Source: Bdellovibrionota bacterium (GTDB lineage: Bacteria > Bdellovibrionota_G > JALEGL01 > DATDPG01). Taken from it: 64,000 bases of DNA. Position numbers and translations under genes: made by a program. Every line of letters starts with the position of its first letter. The first letter of the stretch is position 1. The DNA is taken from positions 256,001 to 320,000 of the forward strand of contig OY764265.1 of assembly GCA_963668355.1 (NCBI GenBank), given 5' to 3'. Shown here piece after piece: positions 10,437 through 21,285 of this stretch. A model generated the notes under the pieces. The model searched no databases. It was given only the letters and a program-made list of their open reading frames with translations, and had not been told where the DNA came from.

Positions 10437-11039
10437 TTAGGGTTCATTCAACTGAGTACATTCATCAAAAGTGAGCAACTCCCCACCAAGGTGCCTTTGG
10501 ATGTACTCCGCAACTTGTTCTGTAAACGACCCTTCAAAATTTCTTTTGACCGACAAAGCCTCTGCTTCTGACAACGCCTCATGCCAACGGTACGAATACC
10601 ATTGCGTACATGGAGCAAACCGTATGGATTGGTGAAAATATTCTCCCTGATAGAAATCAAGTCGAATGCGTATGTCTTGGTCACTCACTTCTGGATTCTC
10701 CTCCAAAAGCATCTCAAGAAGATCCTTCCCTCGCCCAAGAATCAGCTCAAATTCATCCCTTCCCTCTGAAGGGCAAACCACCGTAGCAGTCCCTCGTCTT
10801 CCCAAAAGCGGAGGTTGCAAAAAATACCCCCAAACCAAACCATTCTGTTCTTTTAAATCGTCCGGAGAAACCCAGGTCGTCTTCCAAATCGACCACAGAT
10901 CTCCAGCCCCCCTTTTCTCAACTACGAATGTAGCCGAAAAGCCTTCGTAATCAGGGGGCGCAAGATAAACCGACCAGGCAAGGGAGGGAACGAGAAGAAT
11001 GGAAAAAACCACAAGGGAGATCTTCATAGCCCAACTCAT
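10437..11039 (-). CDS. Hypothetical secreted protein
   Basis: Long ORF with a signal-peptide-like N-terminus; start uncertain (11039 or 11027). Confidence 0.55.
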   Translation of the reverse strand: MSWAMKISLVVFSILLVPSLAWSVYLAPPDYEGFSATFVVEKRGAGDLWSIWKTTWVSPDDLKEQNGLVWGYFLQPPLLGRRGTATVVCPSEGRDEFELILGRGKDLLEMLLEENPEVSDQDIRIRLDFYQGEYFHQSIRFAPCTQWYSYRWHEALSEAEALSVKRNFEGSFTEQVAEYIQRHLGGELLTFDECTQLNEP

Positions 11040-11141
11040 ATTTCCTTCTAGCATTCGCGTCAATACACAACCGGACGGGAGGTTGATTCGTTGCGTTATT
11101 TTGGCCTTTTGTGCTAGAACTAGGTCTGAAAGGGGATTCTC

Positions 11142-11609
11142 ATGAACATAGTCCGAAAAGTCCACCTGATTGCATCCTTGACTTTGCTAACCTGGATCGG
11201 AGCCAACAACCTCAACGCGATGGCCTACACCGCTCAAGATCTATGTAGCCAAGTTGGGGGTTCTTTTCTTACTTTGACGGAAGAAGAAACATCGCTTGAG
11301 ATTTGTCAGTTCCGATCAGCAGCCATTGAAGCCACGACATTGTTGGATTTTTACGAACGAGACAGTTACGCCCCTTGGCCAGAAGCCATCGATGCTTTTG
11401 CACAACGAAGATTCAGTAAAGGCGGTTGGGGAACTCCCGAATCGGTCTGCTTAAACCTCGAAGGCGACATTCTCTCCATCGAGAATTTTGACTTCTGCGT
11501 CTTTTGTGATGAGTCCATCATCGAACTAAAAACCCTCTTTAGCGGTGTGGATGCAAAAGACAATGCCGGTCTCAAAAAGGCCATTGAACTGGCTATGGGC
11601 GGAGAATAG
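11142..11609 (+). CDS. Hypothetical secreted Cys-containing protein with a two-fold internal repeat
   Basis: Signal peptide; CSQVGG...ICQF and CLNLEG...FCVF repeat units. Confidence 0.65.
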   Translation: MNIVRKVHLIASLTLLTWIGANNLNAMAYTAQDLCSQVGGSFLTLTEEETSLEICQFRSAAIEATTLLDFYERDSYAPWPEAIDAFAQRRFSKGGWGTPESVCLNLEGDILSIENFDFCVFCDESIIELKTLFSGVDAKDNAGLKKAIELAMGGE

Positions 11610-11671
11610 TTTTTGAATTCTTCCCCAAAGTGAATGGATTTTTAAAACGATAGGAGACTAACTTCTTTGTT

Positions 11672-11882
11672 CTAAGGCTCCGATGATTTCTTCTCTTGGC
11701 TCAAAGCAAAGGCTTCTTTATTCAATTTTGTAACGACACAAGACCCTAACCCTTTACAGTCATTTTGCCGATCGAGTTCAAGCGATTCGAAAAGTTCGGA
11801 CAAAGCAAAAAGCTCGTTTGTGTTCAATGGAGAGGCCACGAGTAACAGCAATAAGGTTGCCAATAGCCCAACGAATTTCATG
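11672..11882 (-). CDS. Small hypothetical secreted protein
   Basis: MKFVGLLATLLLLLVAS signal-like start with a GGGG RBS-like sequence. Confidence 0.4.
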
Positions 11883-12035
11883 TGAACCCCCATAATAAAA
11901 AGTTGAGAATCCTCAACAACGCGAAGCATAATTTGTCGTCAAAGCATTTTCCATTGCAGGCCCCCTCCACACGCAGACGCCACCTCTTCATATAGAAATT
12001 TCGGGTTCAGTCGGGCGGCCCCAGATTCAATGATC

Positions 12036-12869
12036 TCAACCTAAGGCTACATCAAGCACCATCATCACCGTAAAACCGAGAATGGCGAACATGGTCGCTA
12101 AGTCTGTATTCTTTGCCAATTGAGACTCCGGAATTAATTCTTCGACCACAACGTAAATCATGGCCCCAGCCGCGAAGGCCAAGGCATAAGGAAGAAGGGG
12201 CTGAAGGAGCAACACCGCCACCGCACCCAGCACGCCGGCGATAGGCTCAACCAAGCCGGACAACTGACCAAACGTGAAGGCCTTCATGCGTGTCCATCCT
12301 TCTCGGCGAAGGGGAGCAGAAACGGCCAACCCCTCCGGAATGTTCTGAATGGCTATCCCGAGGGCTAGAGCGACAGCCGCCCCCAGTGAGGCTGAGGGGA
12401 TTCCCGCTGCAATCGCGCCAAAAGCTACTCCCACGGCTAACCCTTCAGGAATGTTGTGCAACGTGATGGCCAAGACAAGCAGAACACTGCGATGCCAACC
12501 GGTTTTAACCCCCTCTGCTTCCTCCCGTGGAAAACCGAGATGTAAATGCGGAAGCAAACGATCCACCAGAAACAAGAAAACGCCTCCGGCGAGAAAACCC
12601 ACCGCAACGGTTAACCAGGGAATTTGGCCAAGCTCCTTAGCCAACTGGATAGCCGGAGCCAAAAGTGACCAAAAACTAGCGGCAATCATCACACCAGCGG
12701 CAAAGCCCAACATGGCATCTAGTACTTTGCGATTGATATCGGTGAAGAAAAAAACCGCTGCAGCTCCCAGAGCTGTAAAGCCCCAAGTAAAGAGAGTTGC
12801 CAGAAGAGCTTGGACAACTGGCGAAAGTTCAGCAAACCAAGTCACGAATCCTCCTTGTTTCAAACCCAT
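12036..12869 (-). CDS. ZIP family divalent metal transporter (GufA/ZupT-like)
   Basis: [28 protein letters not shown] and [15 protein letters not shown] motifs. Confidence 0.93.
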   Translation of the reverse strand: MGLKQGGFVTWFAELSPVVQALLATLFTWGFTALGAAAVFFFTDINRKVLDAMLGFAAGVMIAASFWSLLAPAIQLAKELGQIPWLTVAVGFLAGGVFLFLVDRLLPHLHLGFPREEAEGVKTGWHRSVLLVLAITLHNIPEGLAVGVAFGAIAAGIPSASLGAAVALALGIAIQNIPEGLAVSAPLRREGWTRMKAFTFGQLSGLVEPIAGVLGAVAVLLLQPLLPYALAFAAGAMIYVVVEELIPESQLAKNTDLATMFAILGFTVMMVLDVALG

Positions 12870-12940
12870 CGAACTCCGTCAACCAAGGAACACGAAAATC
12901 GCGGGGCACCGGCGTATCTCCCCAAACTGTGAACAACAAG

Positions 12941-12968
12941 AAAAAGGCCCACTGAAGTGGGCCTTTTT
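12941..12968. terminator. Bidirectional intrinsic-terminator-like hairpin
   Basis: AAAAAGGCCCAC-TGAA-GTGGGCCTTTTT. Confidence 0.6.
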
Positions 12969-13060
12969 CTTTTGGCGTCCCCATTGGTACTCAGTGGAAC
13001 CCTATGTAGCTATACATATTGGCATATCTATCGATGCATTTTTTGTATATACTTGTATAT

Positions 13061-13522
13061 ATGTTTCTCATCGACATTGTTAGTGTGCTTGCCAAAAACA
13101 ATGTTTCCTACGCAGTTGTGGGAGGATACGCGGTTTCCCTCTATGGAGCGGTTCGTGGAACGGTGGACGTTGATCTCGTGATTTCCTTGACGGAATCGAG
13201 CTATATTGGTTGCGAAAATGCTCTCAAATCGCTTGGACTCCGATCAAAGCTTCCTGTAACGGCTAAGGACGTTTTTCAATTTCGAGATGAGTATATTCGG
13301 GAGCGAAACCTTCGTGCATGGTCTTTCTATGATCCTAAAGACCCCTCTCGCCTTGTGGATATTGTCATAACCTATGGGAAGAAAACGATTTCCACAAAGG
13401 TCGTGACTCTCAAAGGAAAGAGAGTTCTGCTGATGACAAAGCGCGAGCTGATAAAAATGAAAAGAGAATCTGGACGACCTCAAGACTTGGAGGACGTAAG
13501 AGCACTGGAGGAGCTCAAATGA
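13061..13522 (+). CDS. Nucleotidyltransferase-fold protein (putative TA module component)
   Basis: VVGGYAVSLYGAVRGTVDVD motif and C-terminal KRESGRPQDLED. Confidence 0.82.
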   Translation: MFLIDIVSVLAKNNVSYAVVGGYAVSLYGAVRGTVDVDLVISLTESSYIGCENALKSLGLRSKLPVTAKDVFQFRDEYIRERNLRAWSFYDPKDPSRLVDIVITYGKKTISTKVVTLKGKRVLLMTKRELIKMKRESGRPQDLEDVRALEELK

Positions 13523-13767
13523 AAAGAGCCACGCAATACTTCAGTACAGAATACCTCCAAAACTGTAGGGCCATGAGTCCAGAGCAAATCGTGCAATTTC
13601 TTGAGGAGTTTCGAATCTTGCATGGTTCACTGCCTACCAAGAAACGGCTAATCAGCATGCGAATCAGCGAATCATTACTTAACGCTGTAAAGGTAAAATC
13701 GAGAGCCCTCGGAATCCCCTATCAGACTCAGATACAGCGACTCCTTGAAGAATGGGTAAAAACATAG
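13519..13767 (+). CDS. CopG/BrnA-like ribbon-helix-helix antitoxin-like protein
   Basis: LISMRISESLLNAVK...GIPYQTQIQRLL; ATGA-coupled to the nucleotidyltransferase. Confidence 0.78.
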   Translation: MKRATQYFSTEYLQNCRAMSPEQIVQFLEEFRILHGSLPTKKRLISMRISESLLNAVKVKSRALGIPYQTQIQRLLEEWVKT

Positions 13768-13937
13768 TCAAAGCCAAAGTATTGGTGCCAGCATTAATGC
13801 CAAGCGCATTTCAGCAACATATCGCATGACAATAATGCGCCTGGCACCTGAACATTGATTGGATCTGCGGAGCTTACCGCTACCGCGCTCGAAATGAAGC
13901 CAGCCACTTCATCCCTTCTCGATTTCCAAAATTCGGT

Positions 13938-14366
13938 TCAGTCGTGTGTTCTCCGATTCCGATTCCAAATCGTATCCCAGTTTCGACAAAAAAGAGTTAT
14001 GGCCATGAACGAAAGCGCCCAGATGATCGTAAATTCTTTTGAAACAATGATGGCAAAAGGAACGTTAAATCCTTCAATTGGAACTCGTATGTGTAGCCAA
14101 GGAAGAGGCAAAGAAAACGCAGTAAATAGAAGCATGCTAGAAATAACCAAAGCACTCCATCGAACATGAATCCCAAATATGATCAATAAAGGACAAATGA
14201 ATTCAATGACCGCGGCCAAACCACTGAAAAAGGTTTTCGGATAAAAATTTACATGGGGTCCCCAGGTTTCCCAGTTGAACAACCAAGCCGCCAATTTCGG
14301 AAAACCGTGATCGAAAAAAAGTAAGGCACTTAGACCGATTCGGTAAATTCTCTCTTTCCATATCAT
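13938..14366 (-). CDS. DoxX family membrane protein
   Basis: R...HGFPKL and AAVIEF...FGIHVRWSAL motifs; four TM segments. Confidence 0.65.
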   Translation of the reverse strand: MIWKERIYRIGLSALLFFDHGFPKLAAWLFNWETWGPHVNFYPKTFFSGLAAVIEFICPLLIIFGIHVRWSALVISSMLLFTAFSLPLPWLHIRVPIEGFNVPFAIIVSKEFTIIWALSFMAITLFCRNWDTIWNRNRRTHD

Positions 14367-14500
14367 TCGAAATCTCCCAATCTCGTGCCTAACCTACATG
14401 ATGTAGGAGATTTTCGAAAATCATGGAGAATCAAGGATTAAGTTTAAGGTTAAGGTTAATCCTTAATGATACAAAAAAGCCCTCCAAAACAATTCGAGGC

Positions 14501-14634
14501 AATTCGAGGGACAGTATACTTAATTATATAAAATCTCGAAAAGCCTTGTCTAATAACATCATCAGGTCGGCGATGTTGTGGTTTTTGCAAAACAATCCAG
14601 CAAATATGTAGTTAAGTATACTGTCCCCCGAATT
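14501..14634. repeat. 134-bp inverted-repeat-bounded element, copy 1 (MITE/REPIN-like)
   Basis: Ends AATTCGAGGGACAGTATACTTAA ... TTAAGTATACTGTCCCCCGAATT; near-identical to 16363-16496. Confidence 0.85.
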
Positions 14635-14656
14635 CCCATATATCTTTTCCTCTCCT

Positions 14657-15085
14657 TCAAATCGCTAAAATCATGCCTCCAAGAACCATAAGGAACCCCC
14701 CTAGCAGCGTCTTGGCAGTCAGTGATTCACCAAGAAACACAAAAGCCAGCAACATAACAAGGGCCACACTCAGTTTATCTACAGGGGCAACCTTGGAAGC
14801 AGGACCCAATTGCAGCGCACGATAGTAACAAAGCCAAGACAGGCCCGTTGCAATCCCCGAAAGAACCAAGAACAGAAGGCCATGACGAAAACCCGTCTCT
14901 GGTCGTTGCCACTCTCCTCGAAAAGATATGATTCCCGCTGTTAGGAAGAGAATAACCACCGTGCGAATGAAAGTAGCTAGATTAGAATTTATTTGAGCAA
15001 CTCCCACCTTTCCAAGAATAGCTGTCAGTGCGGCGAACAAAGCAGATCCCAAAGCATAAGTTTGCCAATTCGAAAATATCCTCAT
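14657..15085 (-). CDS. EamA/DMT family small transporter
   Basis: SALFAALTAILGKVG, SNLATFIRT and ASKVAPVDKLS motifs. Confidence 0.9.
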   Translation of the reverse strand: MRIFSNWQTYALGSALFAALTAILGKVGVAQINSNLATFIRTVVILFLTAGIISFRGEWQRPETGFRHGLLFLVLSGIATGLSWLCYYRALQLGPASKVAPVDKLSVALVMLLAFVFLGESLTAKTLLGGFLMVLGGMILAI

Positions 15086-15149
15086 GGTGCGCCCATAATA
15101 ATCCTAAATGGAGCCATGAAAAGTGGTCTTTTCATTGATTTCTGCAAAA

Positions 15150-15977
15150 ATGCGATTCGTGAATTTGGTTTCCAAATCAAGAATCGGTTTCTTTTCTTTG
15201 CTGGTATTGAGCCACCTGCTTGTATTGACAACTCCTCGTTTGGCTGGAGCGGAAACCTCCTTATTGGAGAACTATTCGCTACGCGATCTATACATGGCTC
15301 CAATTGCCACCGTATACGAACCCAACCAGAAGGTGTGGAATGTCCCAGGACTATCCATCCTCGGTGTAGGCACAATCGGAAGCGTTGTTGTTCAACAGAC
15401 GATAGATCCCCACTTTCCCAAGCCGACAAGAACCCCTGAATATCGCCAATTCAGTTCCACGGTTTCTGATATAGGATTATTTCTTCCCTATATCACCACG
15501 GGAGCCTTTTTTCTGGGCACGCCCCTGTTAAAAAAGGGCACTCAGGAACAACGATACACTTTCCAAACGGCAGTAGAACTATGTGAAAGCCAAGTCCTTA
15601 CTCTTGTATCTTCATTGGTTCTAAAATATGCGGTCACCAAAAAGCGCCCTGATGGAAGCAATTTCTTCTCCTTCCCATCACTCCACACATCCATGGCCTT
15701 CTCAACTGCTGGGATGCTCCTATATCGATATCCTTGGTATGTCGGTCTGAGTGGTTTAGGTGTGGCCACACTCATCGGATTTTCGCGCATTGATCTCAAC
15801 AAGCATTACACATCCGACGTGATTGCTGGTGCCGCGTTGGGCCTTCTTTTTTCTACAGGCGTACACTATTTACATCGCGGCCGAGAACAGATGAAGGCTG
15901 GGGCATTAAGTCAAATATCCCTCTCTCCGTTTGTCGAACATGGCCATTATGGACTAACCTTCTCAACACAATTTTGA
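15150..15977 (+). CDS. PAP2 family phosphatase
   Basis: KxxxxxxRP, SFPSLH and SRxxxxxHYTSD motifs; start uncertain (15123 or 15150). Confidence 0.85.
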   Translation: MRFVNLVSKSRIGFFSLLVLSHLLVLTTPRLAGAETSLLENYSLRDLYMAPIATVYEPNQKVWNVPGLSILGVGTIGSVVVQQTIDPHFPKPTRTPEYRQFSSTVSDIGLFLPYITTGAFFLGTPLLKKGTQEQRYTFQTAVELCESQVLTLVSSLVLKYAVTKKRPDGSNFFSFPSLHTSMAFSTAGMLLYRYPWYVGLSGLGVATLIGFSRIDLNKHYTSDVIAGAALGLLFSTGVHYLHRGREQMKAGALSQISLSPFVEHGHYGLTFSTQF

Positions 15978-16002
15978 TAGAGAACAAAACAACCTTCGTA
16001 CG

Positions 16003-16356
16003 ATGAAAAACCAGCCCTTTCATAAACGTCTGCGATTCGCTCTCAACGGCCTTTGCACAACTTGGAAAACTGAACGCAGTTTCAGAACACAAACCGTGTT
16101 GGCCTTCGCCGCAATCTTGCTTCTTGTGTTCTTTAAGCCAGAGCCTATCTGGTGGGCTCTATTTTTTATTGCGATTGGGGCGGTACTCACCGCCGAGCTA
16201 CTCAATACTTCGCTCGAATACTATTTGGATGAATTTCACAAGGAAGAGCACCCCGTCATTAAGCAGGTGAAAGATGTCGCGGCTGCGGCTGTTTTGGTCG
16301 CCAGCTTGATGTCACTTGGTGTCGCTACAGCCTTCTTGTTTCACGTTCTTGGATAA
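16003..16356 (+). CDS. dgkA: Diacylglycerol/undecaprenol kinase
   Basis: FALNGL, E.SFR, AELLNTSLE and KDVAAAAVL motifs. Confidence 0.88.
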   Translation: MKNQPFHKRLRFALNGLCTTWKTERSFRTQTVLAFAAILLLVFFKPEPIWWALFFIAIGAVLTAELLNTSLEYYLDEFHKEEHPVIKQVKDVAAAAVLVASLMSLGVATAFLFHVLG

Positions 16357-16362
16357 ATTACC

Positions 16363-16496
16363 AATTCAAGGGACAGTATACTTAATCACATAAAATCTCG
16401 AAAAGCCTTGTCTAATAACATCATCAGGTCGGCGATGTTGTGGTTTTTGCAAAACAATCCAGCAAATATGTAGTTAAGTATACTGTCCCCCGAATT
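16363..16496. repeat. 134-bp inverted-repeat-bounded element, copy 2
   Basis: Direct-orientation copy of 14501-14634 with three substitutions near the left end. Confidence 0.85.
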
Positions 16497-16574
16497 GAAA
16501 CCCATGTCGGACCATTTATCCTTTTCTCCAAACAGGTAGCGCCCCGCCATCTCGGACGTCCCCCAATTTGGGAA

Positions 16575-16847
16575 TTAAACGAGGAGGATCAGAGATATGA
16601 TCCCTATCACAATCGCCACAAGTGAAATTCCCAGAGATATCAACGTAATTTTCCACCAAAAAAGTGGAAGATCCCTTTGACGACATATTTTCAGAAAATC
16701 AGTAAACGCATATATTGGGAATATCGTACGAAGAACAGAGTCAGGATTTTCGCCATATTTGCGAAGCCCCGGGCTAACAACAATGAGGTAGACCGCCGTG
16801 TTAATGACAAAGGCAACGAACAGAATGCTGCCCAAAACCACTAACAT
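16575..16847 (-). CDS. Small two-TM hypothetical membrane protein
   Basis: 90-aa ORF with two hydrophobic helices, co-oriented just downstream of 16887-17288. Confidence 0.55.
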   Translation of the reverse strand: MLVVLGSILFVAFVINTAVYLIVVSPGLRKYGENPDSVLRTIFPIYAFTDFLKICRQRDLPLFWWKITLISLGISLVAIVIGIISLILLV

Positions 16848-16886
16848 AATCGGAATAGGTGATGAAATCGTAAAACCTCCCCTCTC

Positions 16887-17288
16887 TTATTTGCGGAGCT
16901 TCATATAACCCCAATTGCCCTGAATACCAATCCCAAGCCCAGTCGTAACCCCTATCCCACGAGCGGCTTCCCCATTCGCTTCACCCGTCAACCACTCAAG
17001 GTTGATGAACGCCGCTCCGACACCGACCGCACTACCTCCAGAAGTTACCGCCACCCACCCTTGAAAGGAGCGTTCAGAGAGAGAATTCTTTCTCGTTTTA
17101 AATTCTGTCCAAGTGCTTGGACCAGATCCGCCCGAACGTGCTCCAATGCCGAAGCCCCCTCCAACATACGTATACATTTTACGAGAGTGACTTCGAACAT
17201 CTTCAACCTCAAAGGTCGTTACTTCGCCCCCGACAATCACGCTACCTCCGCCACCCGCAATTGTACGAATTTTGAAGTTAGTTGCCAT
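16887..17288 (-). CDS. Gly-rich hypothetical protein
   Basis: 133-aa ORF with AGGGG RBS and many GxGxG beta-strand-like segments. Confidence 0.6.
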   Translation of the reverse strand: MATNFKIRTIAGGGGSVIVGGEVTTFEVEDVRSHSRKMYTYVGGGFGIGARSGGSGPSTWTEFKTRKNSLSERSFQGWVAVTSGGSAVGVGAAFINLEWLTGEANGEAARGIGVTTGLGIGIQGNWGYMKLRK

Positions 17289-17769
17289 ATGTCGTAAAGC
17301 CCCTCTGCATGATATCTAATTACCTTTTAGGAAACCCACGGCTGAATTCAAATTAGTCTTACAACATCGAATACATGACAATCCTATTAAGTGTTCAGTT
17401 TTTTTCAACACATTCTTGGTTTTGAAATGAGGCTCCCGCAAAACTTAAAGGGTGGCTGCATGGGGTGGACCATCCGAGGACGGTTCTCCGCCCGCAGCGA
17501 TGGTGGGACCCATGCAGACAGGACCCTCAAGTTTTGGAATTAGTGCCGTCTTCTTGCTGTTTTTGCATTGAATTCAAGGATTCGAAGTTTCAACACTTTT
17601 ACTTCGAACGTAAAAGGAGCTTCGATCTAGACACTGCTTAAGGGGTTTGGTCAGGATTCGAGATGCTCTCCGCTTCGCTCCGATCCTCTCGAACCTGACA
17701 TAAGAATCTCTAATTCGCTTTGCTCATAAGAGCTTCTAAAACCCGAGGGGGTTCATTCACCACTTCAGA

Positions 17770-17817
17770 ACGGCAAATAAAAATACCCGACCTAGGTCGG
17801 GTATTTTTATTTGCCGT
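17770..17817. repeat. Perfect 48-bp palindrome (terminator-like or recombination-site-like)
   Basis: ACGGCAAATAAAAATACCCGACCT|AGGTCGGGTATTTTTATTTGCCGT. Confidence 0.8.
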
Positions 17818-17844
17818 CCCCGTGCGGTAGCGAGTCAAACCCAT

Positions 17845-17994
17845 CTAAGTGCTTGATTCCACAGGAGAGACATTTTCCGAGGCAACCTCCTCCACTCCCT
17901 CGACAAGTAGATCAAGGTTCTTCTGTGCGGCTGCAACCAGTTCGAGCTTTGCCGATGCGCTTCCGCAGTTAATAGCCAAGACGTTCAGCTGCAC
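17845..17994 (-). pseudogene. Acetate kinase N-terminal fragment
   Basis: Own translation: VQLNVLAINCGSASAKLELV...LLVEGVEE*, matching the AckA N-terminal vLviNcGSSSxK motif; only 49 aa. Confidence 0.55.
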
Positions 17995-18089
17995 GAGATT
18001 TCACAGATTGGTAAAGGAGGCCTGCACAGTCTGATGGCGCCGCGCCGCTTCTCTTTCGGCTTCCCTTGGATCCGGTTTCATTTCCGTTT

Positions 18090-19745
<1,656 letters not shown>

Positions 19746-19755
19746 TTAGCCGACG

Positions 19756-20046
19756 TCATTTTTCGATCACACCGAGAACGTCGCCTTCATTCAAAATAAT
19801 GTGGTCCACTCCATCGAGTTTGATTTCGGTTCCGGAATATTTTCCGAGAAGGATACGGTCCCCCTTCTTGACACCCATTGGGCACAAAGAACCATTTTCC
19901 AGTCGCTTTCCTTCGCCGACTGCGATCACTTTGGCCTCCATCGGTTTTTCTTTGGCCGTGTCGGGAATGATGATTCCGCCTTTGGACTTTTCCTCTTCAC
20001 TCATTCGTTTTGCCAGTATTCGGTCATGTAATGGACATATTTTCAT
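19756..20046 (-). CDS. groS: Co-chaperonin GroES
   Basis: [20 protein letters not shown] and KYSGTE motifs. Confidence 0.97.
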   Translation of the reverse strand: MKICPLHDRILAKRMSEEEKSKGGIIIPDTAKEKPMEAKVIAVGEGKRLENGSLCPMGVKKGDRILLGKYSGTEIKLDGVDHIILNEGDVLGVIEK

Positions 20047-20123
20047 TTCTCAATTCTCCTATTCGATTCATTCACGCGCCCCTCAACCGAGCGTTCAAGT
20101 GCACGCCTGTTTGCTTGTTCTTT

Positions 20124-20558
20124 CTAGACTGTCTTGGGCTTTACTTTTTCGCCTTTCGGAAACCGAACATTCAACACGCCTTCTCTAAACTCGGTGAAAA
20201 CCCGATCCTCTTTAACATTGGCGAATATGGTGAAGCTACGAGAGAAGAATCCGCAATAACGTTCCATGCGATAATACTTCTTCCAATTGTGTTCCTTTTC
20301 CTGTTTCCGCTCGCCCTGAATTCGAAGGATTCCGCGATCGACCCAAACTGTGACGTCGGCCTCGTTCACGTTGGGGAGTTCGACCATAAGCATATATTCC
20401 TTGGAACTTTCGATGATATCTACGCTCGGCGACCAATCTGGAGGGGTGAGCATGGCATTTGCCGTTCTTGTTCCCACCGTAGGTCGACTGAAGAGCCGAT
20501 TCAAACGATCCGTCACTTCTTCCATTTCTTGAAAGGGATCCCAACGAATTAGTTGCAT
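20124..20558 (-). CDS. Hsp20/alpha-crystallin small heat-shock protein (copy 1)
   Basis: RWDPF, PSVDIIE, ERYCGFFSRSF and GVLNV motifs; AGGAG RBS before 20558. Confidence 0.9.
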   Translation of the reverse strand: MQLIRWDPFQEMEEVTDRLNRLFSRPTVGTRTANAMLTPPDWSPSVDIIESSKEYMLMVELPNVNEADVTVWVDRGILRIQGERKQEKEHNWKKYYRMERYCGFFSRSFTIFANVKEDRVFTEFREGVLNVRFPKGEKVKPKTV

Positions 20559-20665
20559 AGCAGTTCTCCTTTTTGAATACGTACTCAATATATTCGGCGT
20601 TCATTCTCGATTACGTTTCGCCTTAATCGAGGACTCACCTAGTGTTTACAGGCAACTTCAACCGT

Positions 20666-20708
20666 CGACGATGAGAAAGTATCAACATGTTTTGTAGAAA
20701 ATACCGAC
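20666..20708 (-). promoter_or_regulatory. Island LysR-type motif copy A (hsp20-groES-groEL)
   Basis: cgacgatgagaaagt-N13-gtagaaaataccgac. Confidence 0.75.
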
Positions 20709-20859
20709 ATATAGAAAGAGTCGTAATTTAAAGTGGTTTTGCGAACAATCGGGTGAACTGGCTGAGTTGAGATGACTTTTTGAAAAATGCCGGTCCGGTA
20801 AGCTTTTCTGGATAGTCCAACAAAAGAAACTCGATACTTTTTCTAAACCATCATCATCC

Positions 20860-20902
20860 GTCGTTTTTTCCGAACAAACACGCTTAAATTTCCAAATAGT
20901 CA
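20860..20902 (+). promoter_or_regulatory. Island LysR-type motif copy J (coiled-coil/lmo0937 operon 1)
   Basis: Reverse complement reads tgactatttggaaat-N13-ttcggaaaaaacgac. Confidence 0.68.
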
Positions 20903-20989
20903 ATGGGCCTCTCGGGCACGTAAAAGCGAGTCTGAGGCTTATCGCCTTATGAAGTTCATAGAAAAAAAACGGTGCCAAAGGAGAACGCT

Positions 20990-21271
20990 ATGGAAAGCAG
21001 AAAAGAACACATCGGAACCATGGAAAAGCAGCTTACGCAATGGGGTAAAAAGCTTGACGAACTCACGGCCAAGGCTGAGAAAGCCGGCGGTGATGCGAAG
21101 AGTGATTACCGCAAGGGAGTCGACGATCTAAAAGCGAAATACAAAGTCACGCAATCCAAGCTTGCGGAATTTAAAACCGGAAGCAGCGAAAATTGGGACA
21201 CGTTCAAGACCGGGATTGAGAGTGCTTGGGACGAGCTTGAAGAAACCTTCAAGAAGCTTACGAACCAATAG
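20990..21271 (+). CDS. Small coiled-coil protein (copy 1)
   Basis: AAGGAG RBS; ...QLTQWGKKLDEL...WDTFKTGIESAWDEL; paralogue of 54957-55238. Confidence 0.8.
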   Translation: MESRKEHIGTMEKQLTQWGKKLDELTAKAEKAGGDAKSDYRKGVDDLKAKYKVTQSKLAEFKTGSSENWDTFKTGIESAWDELEETFKKLTNQ

Positions 21272-21285
21272 GGAGGGAGTGAATC

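Noticed and set aside
12970..13005. tRNA gene
   Set aside because: Only a 3'-end-like fragment; no cloverleaf could be built.
12349..13083. 244-aa plus-strand ORF
   Set aside because: Antisense shadow of the ZIP transporter.
14501..16496. CRISPR array or integron attC array
   Set aside because: Only two 134-bp copies 1.7 kb apart; no cas or intI gene; no attC core ends.
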